A stretch of 63,164 nt of DNA, the filler included, from Olpidium bornovanus S191 (Eukaryota; Fungi; Olpidiomycota), in NCBI GenBank assembly GCA_017911155.1. It is 31 parts of 31 records of this genome, joined end to end, with 100 filler letters (N's around TTAATTAATTAA, not from the genome) between each part and the next. Parts side by side here need not be neighbours in the genome. Positions count along the whole stretch, not along the records: positions 1 to 1,231 come from JAEFCI010002132.1; positions 1,332 to 2,889 come from JAEFCI010004542.1; positions 2,990 to 5,548 come from JAEFCI010007118.1; positions 5,649 to 8,404 come from JAEFCI010007807.1; positions 8,505 to 10,646 come from JAEFCI010007949.1; 26 more parts are not named here. One strand, written 5' to 3'. The position numbers were made by a program, and so were the translations under genes. Shown piece by piece: positions 1-10,746 of this stretch. The first letter of the stretch is position 1; the number at the start of each line of letters is the position of its first letter. The notes beneath the pieces were generated by a model, which did no database searches, was not told the DNA's origin, and was given only the letters and a program-made list of their open reading frames with translations.

Positions 1-112
1 CATTGCGCGCGCGGCGGGCCGAGAGAGAAAAAGGAAAGAAAAAAAAGATTACACGGAACGGAAAAGGGAAAAAGATTTCGAAAAAAAAAGAGAACAAGGG
101 AAAAAAAAAATT

Positions 113-215
113 TGCTCCATGCGAGAGTCGAACTCGCGACATTCGCGTTACTTCGGGCATGACCGCCGTTCGGCGCCATAAGCGCGACGCTCTAACCAAT
201 CTGAGCTAATGGAGC
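113..215 (-). tRNA. tRNA-Ile(UAU) with 28-nt intron
   Basis: The reverse complement folds into a full cloverleaf: acceptor GCTCCAT/ATGGAGC+A, D arm GCTC/GAGC, anticodon stem TCGCG/CGCGA around CT-TAT, T arm GCGAG-TTCGACT-CTCGC. The 28-nt insertion lies 3' of the anticodon. An oligo-T Pol III terminator follows (A-run at 101-110 on +). Confidence 0.95.
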
Positions 216-452
216 CGGCCGCTGGGGGTGGAGGAGGACTGCACTTCCCGCCCCTTGGCCTTGTCTGCCCAAGCCCCGCCCGCCCCGCCAGCCGCCCCGC
301 CCGCCCCGCCCGCCCCGCCTGTGGGGAAAAGAAGGAAACGGCGAACCGCAGCCCCGAAACACGCGGTTCCGACCCCTCCTCCCTCTCCCAGGCCACACGC
401 AGAACAGCCGAACGCGCACCCCGCGCCGCTTCCCCGGCCCAAAAAACACGCA

Positions 453-1195
453 ATGTTCTCGGCCGGCCGCCGCGCCAGGCGCGCCGCTGCGCTCTCCCGC
501 CGCGCGCTCGCGCCCTGCCCCCCGGCCCCGCTCCCGGTCCGTCTTCTGCCGCCCGCCCGCTGCATCCGCTGCCTGCTCGCGCCCGGCCCACCGCCGGGGC
601 AGCGGCCGCCCGGCCGCCCGGCCGCCGTCCGTCCCCTCTTTCCCGCGCCCGCCGCTCGGTGCGGGCCGCGGCGCTTCTGGTTTTCGCGCCCCGGGGCGGC
701 CGCCGCGGCGCCGAGGAACGGCGCGAGGAACCCCACCGGCGGCACCGCCGCGCTTCCGGAGGGTGAGGGCGAGGAGGAGGAGGCGGAGAAGGACGGAGAG
801 GAGGGGCAGGTGCAGGGCGCCAAAGCCGCGCCACCGCCGACGCCCAGGGTGGGCTATGTCAAGGACCAGGTCAAAGGGCAGGTCAGGGCGGTCTTCGGCA
901 AGGTGGGTTTGTCGGGGACGGAAACGCCGCGCACTCGCCCGAGCTGAAAGGGTGGGGAGCGAGCCGCGAGACGGGCAAAACGGGGCCAATTTTTCTTGTC
1001 CAATAAGTTCTTCCCCGTTTCCGCGGCCGCGAACAGCTCAAAGACGGGGTGCCGCCGCGCGAAAATATATGGAACGTCCCAAACATATTGACCATGTCGA
1101 GGATCGCTGCGTCGCCCGCGATCGGATATCTTGTTCTTCAAGAGCGGTATGGCTTGGCGCTGGGCGCTTGCGCCGTCGCTGGTGTTACCGACCTG
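453..1195 (+). CDS. CRD1: Cardiolipin synthase (CDP-alcohol phosphatidyltransferase), 5' partial gene
   Basis: Exon 453-902 has an Arg/Ala-rich mitochondrial presequence-like N-terminus. GT-AG intron 903-1036. Exon 1037-1195 encodes RENIWNVPNILTMSRIAASPAIGYLVL...AGVTDL, typical of CRD1/PgsA. Confidence 0.85.
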
Positions 1196-1231
1196 GTACG
1201 AGGGTGGTTGGCTGGGGGGAAGGGGTGGGGG

Positions 1232-1331
1232 NNNNNNNNNNNNNNNNNNNNNNNNNNNNNNNNNNNNNNNNNNNNTTAATTAATTAANNNNNNNNNNNNN
1301 NNNNNNNNNNNNNNNNNNNNNNNNNNNNNNN
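1232..1331. other. Artificial contig spacer (first of 30; others start at 2890, 5549, 8405, 10647, 13523, 15455, 17045, 19819, 23158, 26023, 27736, 31623, 33021, 34310, 35756, 37366, 38482, 40240, 44867, 46091, 47771, 49301, 51122, 52567, 53891, 55505, 57009, 58782, 60328)
   Basis: Identical 44N-TTAATTAATTAA-44N linker with stop codons in all six frames. Confidence 0.99.
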
Positions 1332-1400
1332 CCGTGGAGACCCCGACACCCCGCCGGTGCAGGATGGCCTCCCTTTGCGTCTCGTGGCGTTCCCGTAGCT

Positions 1401-2105
1401 GGGTGGCCGAGCGAGTGAGCGACCAGAGGAGGGTGCGAAGGCTTGAGTGAGGAGCGAGCCGTCCTGACTTTTGGGAAACAAGCGGGGTGGCCGAGCGAGT
1501 GAGCGACCAGAGGAGGGTGCGAAGGCTTGAGTGAGGAGCAAGCCGTCCTGACTTTTGGGAAACACACCAAAAAAAAAAGTCACCGAGATTTTTAAAAGAT
1601 ACCGGAGGCCGTCCTGACTTTTGGGAAACACACCAAAAAAAAAGTCACCGAGATTTTTAAAAAATACCGGAGGAGCGAGCCGTCCTGACTTTTTTTTGGG
1701 AAACACACCAAAAAAAAAGTCACCGAGATTTTTAAAAGATACCAGAGGAACGAGCCAGATTTTTAAAAGATACCGGAGGAACGAGCCGTCCTGACTTTTG
1801 GGGTGTCAATGCGACTGCATCACAGTACGTGCTCACATGCCAATCTTTTAAAAATCTCGGTGACTTTTTTTTTGGTGTGTTTCCCAAAAGTCAGGACGGC
1901 TCGCTCCTCCGGTATCTTTTAAAAATGTCGGTGACTTTTTTTTGGTGTGTTTCCCAAAAGTCAGGACGGCTCGTTCCTCCGGTATCTTTTAAAAATCTCG
2001 GTGACTTTTTTTTTGGTGTGTTTCCCAAAAATCAGGACGGCTCGTTCCTCCGGTATCTTTTAAAAATCTCGCTCGTAGCATTCGCGCCCTCGTTGTTCGC
2101 TCAAC
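1401..2105. repeat. Inverted pair of tandem arrays (about 70-bp and 84-bp units); foldback-like element candidate
   Basis: Core GAGCCGTCCTGACTTTTGGG occurs 5 times on + (1457-1800, with small variants) and 3 times on - (about 1843-2070), separated by about 44 bp of unique sequence. Two 84-bp direct repeats lie at 1401-1564. Confidence 0.9.
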
Positions 2106-2989
2106 TGCCGGAAAATCGCTTCGTTCTGCTGTCGACGGATGAATATTGTCCCAAGGTCGTCGAATGACTGCCCCATGGGTTCCCTTCGGTCGTCCTCAGC
2201 GTGAGTCGGTGCACTTGTCCCTCGATGAGTCCTCCCTCCCGCCATCAACCGCCCCCTTCCTTTCGCGCACGTGGCTGCCTCCTCGTCGAAAAGTTCGGGA
2301 AGGCCCCAATGGCCGATCTCCCCTCTTTATATATCTTGACGCCGCCAAGAGCCCCGCCTTCCTTCTCGCCACCCTGCAAGCGGCGCAATTTCCTTGCGGC
2401 GTCCCTTGCGTACTCCGTGCAGCGGCCCCGTGACGCGCCACGTCACCTCGGCTTGGCGGCAAAATTTGCGCAGTCTAGGGGTGACTGCGGAATGGTGGCC
2501 GCGGCCTTGCGGTCTGTCGCGCCCCACACTTCGCCTCCTTTTTCGCGCCCAGGATGTTTCGTGTTCCATGTTACCACGCGACATTCTTTCCCTCCGCGTT
2601 GTGCTCCGGTTTGGCTGACGCCCTTGTTGACGCAAGCCCCCCCTTCCACCGAGTCCCCCAGGACGCCCCGTTCTCGCCCCTATGACGTCAACTGTGCGGC
2701 CGAAGGGCTTGTCGCCCCTCCTAGCGTCCGTACAGGACCCCCCCAGAGATGCCAGCGGTCGGAGCCCCAGGGCGCCGCTTCCGCCTCCCTTCCCGACCGG
2801 CTCCGAATACTCGCATTGGACTTGACGGCGACGCGGCAGGGAGACGAATACGGTCCGGTCCCGGGTGCATCCCCTTCCTTGGTCGTTCCNNNNNNNNNNN
2901 NNNNNNNNNNNNNNNNNNNNNNNNNNNNNNNNNTTAATTAATTAANNNNNNNNNNNNNNNNNNNNNNNNNNNNNNNNNNNNNNNNNNNN

Positions 2990-4180
2990 CATGACCAAGG
3001 AGATCCTCCGGTGCTTTTACCACGCCACGAGCAAGAAGCCGAACCGCATCCTGTTCTACAGGGACGGCGTTAGCGAGGGCCAGTTCTCCACTGTGCTCGA
3101 GAACGAGGTGAGATGTTCTCCTTTTCAGGCGATATGTCACGCTGAGAGGCAAATTCGCCTCACCCGCTCCCCGGTGCGCGCAGATGAAAGCGATCCAGGC
3201 AGCGTGCGCGGAGTTGGAGCCCGGTTACCGCCCGAAGATCACTTGGATTGTGGTGCAAAAACGCCACCACACGCGCTTCTTCCCGCTGAACAAGCAGCAG
3301 GCCGACCGCTCCGGGAACTGCCTTGCCGGGACTCTCGTGGAGAGCGAGATCACGCACCCAACCGAATTCGACTTTTACGTGAGTCCCACCGGCACTCCGT
3401 TACCCCCCCCCCCATCCCCTTTCCCTCTCCTCTCTCTCCCCTCCCCGGGTGTTATACTGGTACGTCCAGTGGCGCGGCGCTTGTGGCTAAGCCGACCTGA
3501 CTGGCTGCCGCAGCTGCAAAGTCACGCCGGTCTCCAGGGCACGTCTCGCCCGACCCACTACCACGTCCTGCACGACGAGAACAAGTTCACGCCTGACGGC
3601 CTGCAAAGCCTCACCTACAAGTGCGTGGCTGGGGAAGAGGGGAAAGGGCGGTTCGGGTCCTGCGCGTGAGCCTCATGTCCGGGCCATTTTTATTTTTCCG
3701 CTGGGCGCCGTGCCGCGTAGACTGTGCTACCTCTTCTGCAGAGCGACCAGGGCTGTGCGGGTCGTGCCGGTCGTGTATTACGCGGGTCAGTGGCCTCCTT
3801 TTTTTCTGTTGTTTTTGTTTTTTGTTTTTGTTGTTGTTTTTGTTTTGTTTTTGTTTTTAATTTTTGTTTGTTTTGCGTGTGCCTGTGGGGTCCGGCGTGG
3901 TGTCGACCCCAAAACACGAAAACCTGGCAGACATCATGTGCGAGCGAGCTCGCTTCCATGCCAAGGGGGAGAATTGGTCTGACACGGCCTCCACCGACTC
4001 CGGGAAATCCGACACCGCCTATGCTAAGGTCGTGCCGGAGCTCCAGAACGTGATGTACTGTGAGTTTCCGTACACGCCGCGGCCCATTCCCCTGCGAGGC
4101 TGCTTATCTGAAACTCACTTCCCTGCGCGGCCTTGCTCAACATGCCCTCCGGCGGTCGTTTCTCGCTCGCAGTCATGTGA
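2990..4180 (+). CDS. AGO: Argonaute, PIWI-domain C-terminus (5' truncated, 6 exons)
   Basis: Exons 2990-3107, 3184-3378, 3514-3620, 3721-3785, 3931-4059, 4173-4180 give [48 protein letters not shown] and [14 protein letters not shown], ending MYFM*. Confidence 0.97.
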
Positions 4181-5649
4181 CACCGGCTTCCCATCGACCG
4201 CCGATACCGCGCGCCTGGCTGCGGAGTCGCACCAGACCCCTGACGTCACTAACTTTCCTTTCGCGGCGGCAGTCCGCGTCCCCCGGGATTTTATGCGTCA
4301 TCCGTGGCCCTTGTTCCTGTTTCCCATTTGAGCAGTCGTATGTTCACCGTTTTTTTGTTTGTTTTTTTTTCCCCGTGAGTCATTCTTCTTCTTCGGGTCG
4401 AGGTAATTCCTCCGTGTTCGTCATGTACCATTTTGCACGCGTCTTCGGGGCTGGGTGGAAATTCTCAGCGTCGCGGGTGGCGTCACATTTTTCCAATCTG
4501 TATAACGACGCAAAAACGGCAGTTCCCCGAATCTTTCGCCATTGTTGCTGGAAAGAATGCTCGAAACGGGCGGAGGGAGGGGGTGGTGGAAGGAGGGGGG
4601 GGGGGGCCGGGTAGTGTGGCACTGTGCCGCTTGGCGTTGCGGCGGAAAGGGTTTTTTTTTGTATCCGAACTCGGAATTACGTCACGCGCACCTGTACCGC
4701 GACCCTTCGAGCAAGAATTTGATACGTAAGCAACGAAAGGAAAAGAGAAAAAAAAAAAGTGAAGAGTTTGAATGAAGAGGAAAAAATGGAAAATTTTTTT
4801 GCACGGGAGGGATGGACCCGTCCGGCCGCCTTCCGCCGCCTGGCGTCATCATCTTGACCCTTTCCCTAGTCGTGAAATGGCGAACAAGCTTGCTACAGAT
4901 GTTAACATGCCGAGCTCAGAGGCATCGGCTGAGGGACCGAGACGGTCACGGAAACGACAAATGCGGGATATGGCAGGCCTTTAGTAGATCCCATCAGCCA
5001 GGTTATGCGACGAAGGCACGACTTGGACGACGATTAGATAGCCCGCTACGCAGTCGCGGATGTAGAGACGGCAGACCTCCGTAATGTCTGCTGCGCTTCA
5101 AACCGCTTGCGCCTTTCAGCTGCGGAAAGCTCCAAGGTTGTCGATGTAGAAGAGGGTCAGACCGGCGTCCCCCGTTGCATCGACCAACGGATGCCGCAGC
5201 CGTGCTTCGACGACGTGACTATGCTGTCCAGACTGCCTGCAGTCAATTGAAACAACAGGGTGTTCCATTCTGCGTCACGTGGGGGAAGGCCTCAGGGGAA
5301 AGGGGCCAGGGGCCAGGAGAGAGGCGCGATAAATTGTGGGGGCACACCCCCGCCCCTTCCCCGTCGAAGCACCGGGGCACGCGCCAGAACAGAACCAACC
5401 ACCTTGCCATTCGGAGCGCAAGGGGCGCATGCCAGGAAGGGGAATCCCCCTTGAAAATGGACCAATAAGAAATCAGAATAGAATGTCGCAGGGGGTTGTT
5501 TTCTTCTTTTCCGTGCTGAACCTAGATATTGAACTGCGTTATGCTCTCNNNNNNNNNNNNNNNNNNNNNNNNNNNNNNNNNNNNNNNNNNNNTTAATTAA
5601 TTAANNNNNNNNNNNNNNNNNNNNNNNNNNNNNNNNNNNNNNNNNNNNA

Positions 5650-7664
5650 GGCGGCAACGCGCGCATACGTGTTTAGATCAGGTATGCCCCTGCCGACGGC
5701 CGGGACAAAAAAAAGAGAGAGGGCGGAGCGGCAATATATACGACGTACTGCTGGGTGGGACGTTCATGGCACGGTTCAAGTCGTAAACTTTGTGCATGGG
5801 AGCGAAATTCAAAATGCTGTGATGCGCCCCGCGCGAAAGCGTCGCCGACGTTACGATCACCTGCATCGTCGGCCCCGAGACCTCTACGGGGGCGTCGTAA
5901 AGTTGTTGAAGCGCTTCGCCGAACTGCGGAACATTTAACATTTCGTCGCGCCTTTCCTTCTCCTTGGTCAGGTCCTGTACGGAAGCCGGTGGAAGCAGCT
6001 TGAACAGTTCCAAAACTAGTGCACAGGAACAGAGGGACGCCGATTACTACAAAACCCTCGAACGGGCAATGTTGCACGAAACACGACCCACCGTCCGGTA
6101 AATGATCGGGACTGCAAAGCTTGTCGCTGGTCGAGCCATGTTTTTAACATATTGTGTCAGGAACGGTCACGTGCGCAAGTATAGAAAAGTCCCCCCTTCA
6201 GCTTGCCGTAGACACGTCGGATCCGGCTCACCATTCATCGAGAACCAAAAATCGCACGTCTCCGAGAAGCATATAAGACTTTTGGTGCGGCCGGGGCCCG
6301 ACGTTCTCGGCAGAATTCGGTCGTTTGCCGTCACCCTCCTGCTCATCCGGCACTGAGTCGTCACCGACACCTTCAAAGGCGTCCGTGCCGGGTTCGTTAG
6401 CCAGTGGCCGCAATCCCTCATCGGCGCACGCCTTCCCGGTCGCGGCCAGCTTCCTTTTCCGTTCCGCAGGGGACATTGGGCCTTCGACGTGGCTGAGAAT
6501 CCGACCTGCAGTGCCGACGATGATGTCCGCCGTGCGCGCCCGCCTGAGCTGCACGCCTAGCGGCTCGCCGGGCTGGTAAATTGCCGCCGCGCGGACCGGG
6601 AGGCCGACGGCGAGTTTATTGATTTCGTCCGCGATCTGCCGCGACAACTCGGCCGTCGGGGCCAGCACGATGGCCTGGGGAGCGAGAAATTCGCGTTTGG
6701 AGAGTTCGGGGTCTTCGCCGGCAGCTTTCATCTCCAACAGGCGGTGCAAGACGGGTAGGACGAAAGCGGCGGTTTTGCCCTCGCCGGTTCGCGCCGACGC
6801 AACCACCTGAGGATGGCGGCCGACGCAAAAAGCGTCGAGGAAAAGGTCAGCCAACAACGTCTGAAAACGACGGAACCGGAAAGGTTCCGAAGTCCCGTTC
6901 GGCGCGCGTACGTTGTATCCCTTGAGCACATCGGGAATGATCCGTTCCTGGATGGTCAAAGGTTGTGGCCATCCTCTCTGCTTGGCATTTTCGGCAAGCC
7001 GTTCGTCAAGACCGTGTTTCACCAGCCAGCTCCACGTCTTGAGGTACTTGAGCGGTGCTATTCCAGATTCCTGCGGCGTTGCATTCGGGCACGCCTCCGG
7101 CAGTTCGTTACCGTCGTCCCCAGCGGGCGGCACGGGTTTGTCCGTTGGCGCCGCCTTCGCCGCTTTGACGGCCGCTTTCGCCGCCTTGAGGGCCGCCTTC
7201 GCCGCCTTGACGGCCGCCTTCAGCTCCTCAAGCCGCTGCTCCTCCACCGGCGCGAAGGTAGGAGCAGCGCCAGCTTTGGCGCGCCGTTTACTCCTAGCCT
7301 CATAAGCAGACTGCGCTGCTGCGAGTTCCGCCTTCAGCCGCGCGAGATCTTTCAGCAGCTGGGTTTTCGTCGGGCGTGTCGGCGGAGGCCGCTCTGCCGG
7401 CGCAGCGTCGGCGCGACTGCCGGGAGCACCGGCGCCGTTCTCCTCGGCAGCGGGGGCGGCGGCGGCGGCTTCGGACCCCGGGATGGCGGTCCGGTGGAAG
7501 CGGCGGCGCGCGGCCGGAAGGGTCCCGCCGGCGGCGGCGTCGGCTCCCGTGAGCGGGCGCGGGCGGGCGAGGGCGCCGGAGGCGGGCGTTTCCCTGGGCA
7601 GCAGCAGCAGCAGCAAAGCCCTCGGGCGGCTGCGGCACGGGCAGCGCAAAGTAGCCGGCAGCAT
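5650..7664 (-). CDS. DEAD-box RNA helicase, probably mitochondrial (3' truncated)
   Basis: Presequence-like N-terminus (MLPATLRCPCRSRPR...). Q motif (GWPQPLTIQ), motif I ARTGEGKT, Ia LAPTAEL, Ib GTAGR, II LDECD (split by an intron) and III TSATL. Confidence 0.9.
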
Positions 7665-7838
7665 TGCGTTCTTCCTGGGTGGCCGCCGGGGGGGGGCGTG
7701 CGCGACGGGCGGACAGGGGACACCGCGCGGGCGCGGCGAACGGCGTGGTTTTTTTTTGGGGCTTTTTTTTTTGGCGCGGAGGCGGCGGTTTCGACGGGGA
7801 AAGAGACGCCCGCGCGCACGCCCAAACCTGCCGGAAAA

Positions 7839-7883
<45 letters not shown>

Positions 7884-8531
7884 AAGGGGGGTAGCGGTCT
7901 GGTGGCAAACGCCCGCCCTCTCCATCCGGCGTCGGCAGCCGACGACCCAAATTCGCTCCGTGTCCCCGACCTGCGCCAGGGCGCCTCTTCGGGGCTCTTT
8001 TTCCCAGATTGTCCTTCAAACGGCTCCTGCGGGCAACCCGCCTTCGCAGGAGGAGCAAGGGCGGCAAACGCATTGCTGCTAACCCCAACGCCTTCCCTTC
8101 CCCAGCCTGTCTTGCCTAGCTGGCCGCTCATCCGCAGACGCCAAAACTCCGTCACGTCCCCGGGCTGTGCTTTCTCCCGGCATGCGAACAGACGGGGGTC
8201 GGACCCGGTGACGCCGAAGGCCGGTCGCGGCGGGATCAAATTCGACGTGTCAAACGTCCTGAGCCCGTGTGTCTATTTATGCACATGCGTACGGGAAATG
8301 TAACGTGTGGGTGGGGCAGGGAGAGGCGAAGGGCGCATTATGTGAAGCTGTTTTGCTGGGCCTCCGACTGGACGCGCTTGACGTAAGTCTTGGACACAAT
8401 GTTCNNNNNNNNNNNNNNNNNNNNNNNNNNNNNNNNNNNNNNNNNNNNTTAATTAATTAANNNNNNNNNNNNNNNNNNNNNNNNNNNNNNNNNNNNNNNN
8501 NNNNCGCCCAATCCCCCCCCCCCCCCCCCCC

Positions 8532-8593
<62 letters not shown>

Positions 8594-8647
8594 TTCCTTC
8601 CCGCCTCCCTCCCGCCGGCGGCTTCGCCTTCGCCTTCCGTATGGCAG

Positions 8648-8770
8648 ACTCGCGTCGTTCCTGGAGGAGAAGCGCAAACTCAACCAAGCCCTCCACCTTT
8701 ATTTGAAGGATTTCACGCGAACGCACGGGCGGCCGATGGAGACGGTTGAGGACAAGGCGCCCATCATGGT
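8648..8770 (+). CDS. Single exon resembling the FAM13 C-terminal repeat
   Basis: LASFLEEKRKLNQALHLYLKDFTRTHGRPMETVEDKAPI resembles the EKR-xL-xx-L-xx-Y/F-xx-F-xxx-HGR-x-V pattern of FAM13 domains. It is preceded by an AG acceptor. Confidence 0.45.
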
Positions 8771-9373
8771 TCAAAATTTTGCAATCCTTGCGCGGCCCGT
8801 CTCCCACCCCCCACCCATCCCCCACGCGCAGCGGACTGAAAAGCAGGCGGGTTGTTTTGCGGGTTGTTTTGCGGTTGAACTGCGCAAGTTCACAAAAAAA
8901 AGAATATCTTTCTAGGCCACAAAATAAGTTCTCCTCCCTTTTCCCCACTGACGGGGCCGCCCTCCCCTTCCCCCTTGAAGGATTTTTTTATTTTGGTTGC
9001 TGCGCGCGGGCGGCTGGGTACGTGAAACTTGCGCGCGCAAGAAATTCGTGACAACCGGCAACCGCCCTTTCCGCGTAAACTGCGAAAAGAAAAGGTAAAA
9101 ACCTCACCTCCTTCAGGGCAGATGCCGAACGGCCCACGACCTAAGCGCAGTGACAATGCCCGAGGGGTGGAAGGGGGGTGTTGGGGAAGGAAGGGAAGGG
9201 GGGGGGGGGCTGAGCATGCAACGGGCCCGTATGATGAAACGAGGGAATCGCTGTGGTGCTTCTCGTTGTTCTGCCGCTTAACTATAAAACGCCGTGGGCG
9301 GGCGGGCGGTTTGGGAAGGGGGAGGGAAGGGAGATGTGTGCGTGAGTGTGTGCGTGTGTGGAGCGCGCCCTGA

Positions 9374-9774
9374 CTACTCTTGTGCGACAGGCAAGCACTC
9401 CCGCTCGAGCCACTTCTTAGCCGGCGATCCGTCCTTGAGCAGCGGCCCGACCTTCTCGAGGCACTCGCGGTGGTAGTTGTCGATCCACTGGATTTCCTCG
9501 GCCGAAAGGATGCTCGTGTCGAGCATCTTGCGCTGCGCGATCGGAACGTGCGTGACGTGCTCGAACCGGAGGTAGCCGCGGCCGCCAAAGTTGTTGGGCG
9601 TCTGGGTCTCCACGACGAGCATGATGTTCTCGAGGCGCACGCCGAAGTTGCCGTCGTCGTAGTACCCGGGTTCTGGGAGGCGGGCGGGGGGCGGATGGAG
9701 GGGGGATCAGCGGGGGGAGCGCGGGCAGGTGGGTGGGGGGGGCGGGGGGGCAGATCATACCAACATTCCCTTTC

Positions 9775-9811
<37 letters not shown>

Positions 9812-10629
9812 CCCCCCCCCCCCCCAACCCCCCCCCCCCCATTTGCGAAGCTCCCGAGCAAAAGCGGACTTTCGCTCACCGTTCGTGACGGTCATTCCCT
9901 CCTGCAGTTGGATGTCGTTGAACGCGATCCGCGTCCCAATTCCGTGGGGTCCCTCGTGCACGTTAAGGAACGCGCCGACGCCGTGGCCGGTGCCGTGCCG
10001 GTAGTCCAGACCTGCCTTCCACAGGGCGATGCGGGCAACGGGATCGAGGTTGTAGCCGGTGGTGCCGCGCGGGAACACGCACGAGTCGAGCGCGATGTGG
10101 CCCTGCAGCACGCGCGTGAAGGCCTGGCGTTCAAAGTCCGTGGGCCGGCCGAAGTGAAGTGTGCGCGTCACGTCCGTCGTGCCGTCGCTGCGCGAAACCA
10201 GGACCGCGCCCGTCAGCCGGGCGGACTCGGGCACCGCGATCGGAGCGCGTCGGAGGAGGAACCCGGGCCCTACCGGTATTGTCCTCCGGAATCGCAAAGG
10301 TAAAGTTTCTCTTTACTAATGATGTCGCACTGGCCCCTCTCCGGTTTGTAGTGGATGATGGCCCCGTTCGGGCCGGTGGACGAGATCGTGTCGAAGCTGA
10401 GGCCAACGAAGTCGTGCTGCTGGGCGCGGAACTCCTCGAGCTTATCAGCTCCGTCGGCTTCGCTGATGGAAGTGTTGCCCTTCTGGAGCAGCTCGTCCTC
10501 CAGCCAGGCGAAATAGCTGACCAGGGCCGCCGCGTCGCGGAGATGAGCTCGCCGGATGCCCTCGAGTTCCGTTTCATTCTTGATCGCCTTTGCCATCAAG
10601 AGGGGCGAGCGCACTTCAACGGTGTTGTC
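9374..10629 (-). CDS. Xaa-Pro aminopeptidase P (M24B), C-terminal exons
   Basis: Exons 10629-10274, 10187-9880 and 9672-9374 encode [54 protein letters not shown] and [18 protein letters not shown]. Confidence 0.96.
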
Positions 10630-10746
10630 CTACGGAGAAAACATGCNNNNNNNNNNNNNNNNNNNNNNNNNNNNNNNNNNNNNNNNNNNNTTAATTAATT
10701 AANNNNNNNNNNNNNNNNNNNNNNNNNNNNNNNNNNNNNNNNNNNN

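Noticed and set aside
148-989. Many overlapping long Arg/Pro/Gly/Ala ORFs here and throughout the window
   Set aside because: These are shadow ORFs of GC-rich sequence with few stop codons and no recognisable motifs.
1276-1287. TTAATTAATTAA as a biological repeat or PacI/piggyBac site
   Set aside because: It is always centred between two 44-N runs and is a standard six-frame-stop linker.
1457-1800. Hammerhead ribozyme or group II intron domain V in the repeat unit (GTC-CTGA...GAAAC; GAGCCGT)
   Set aside because: It lacks the CUGANGA core and stem II, and does not fit the domain V stem.
1401-4180. Repeat array next to Argonaute as a CRISPR-like or guide-producing system
   Set aside because: They are on different contigs separated by an artificial spacer. 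The repeats have no unique spacers and no cas genes are present.
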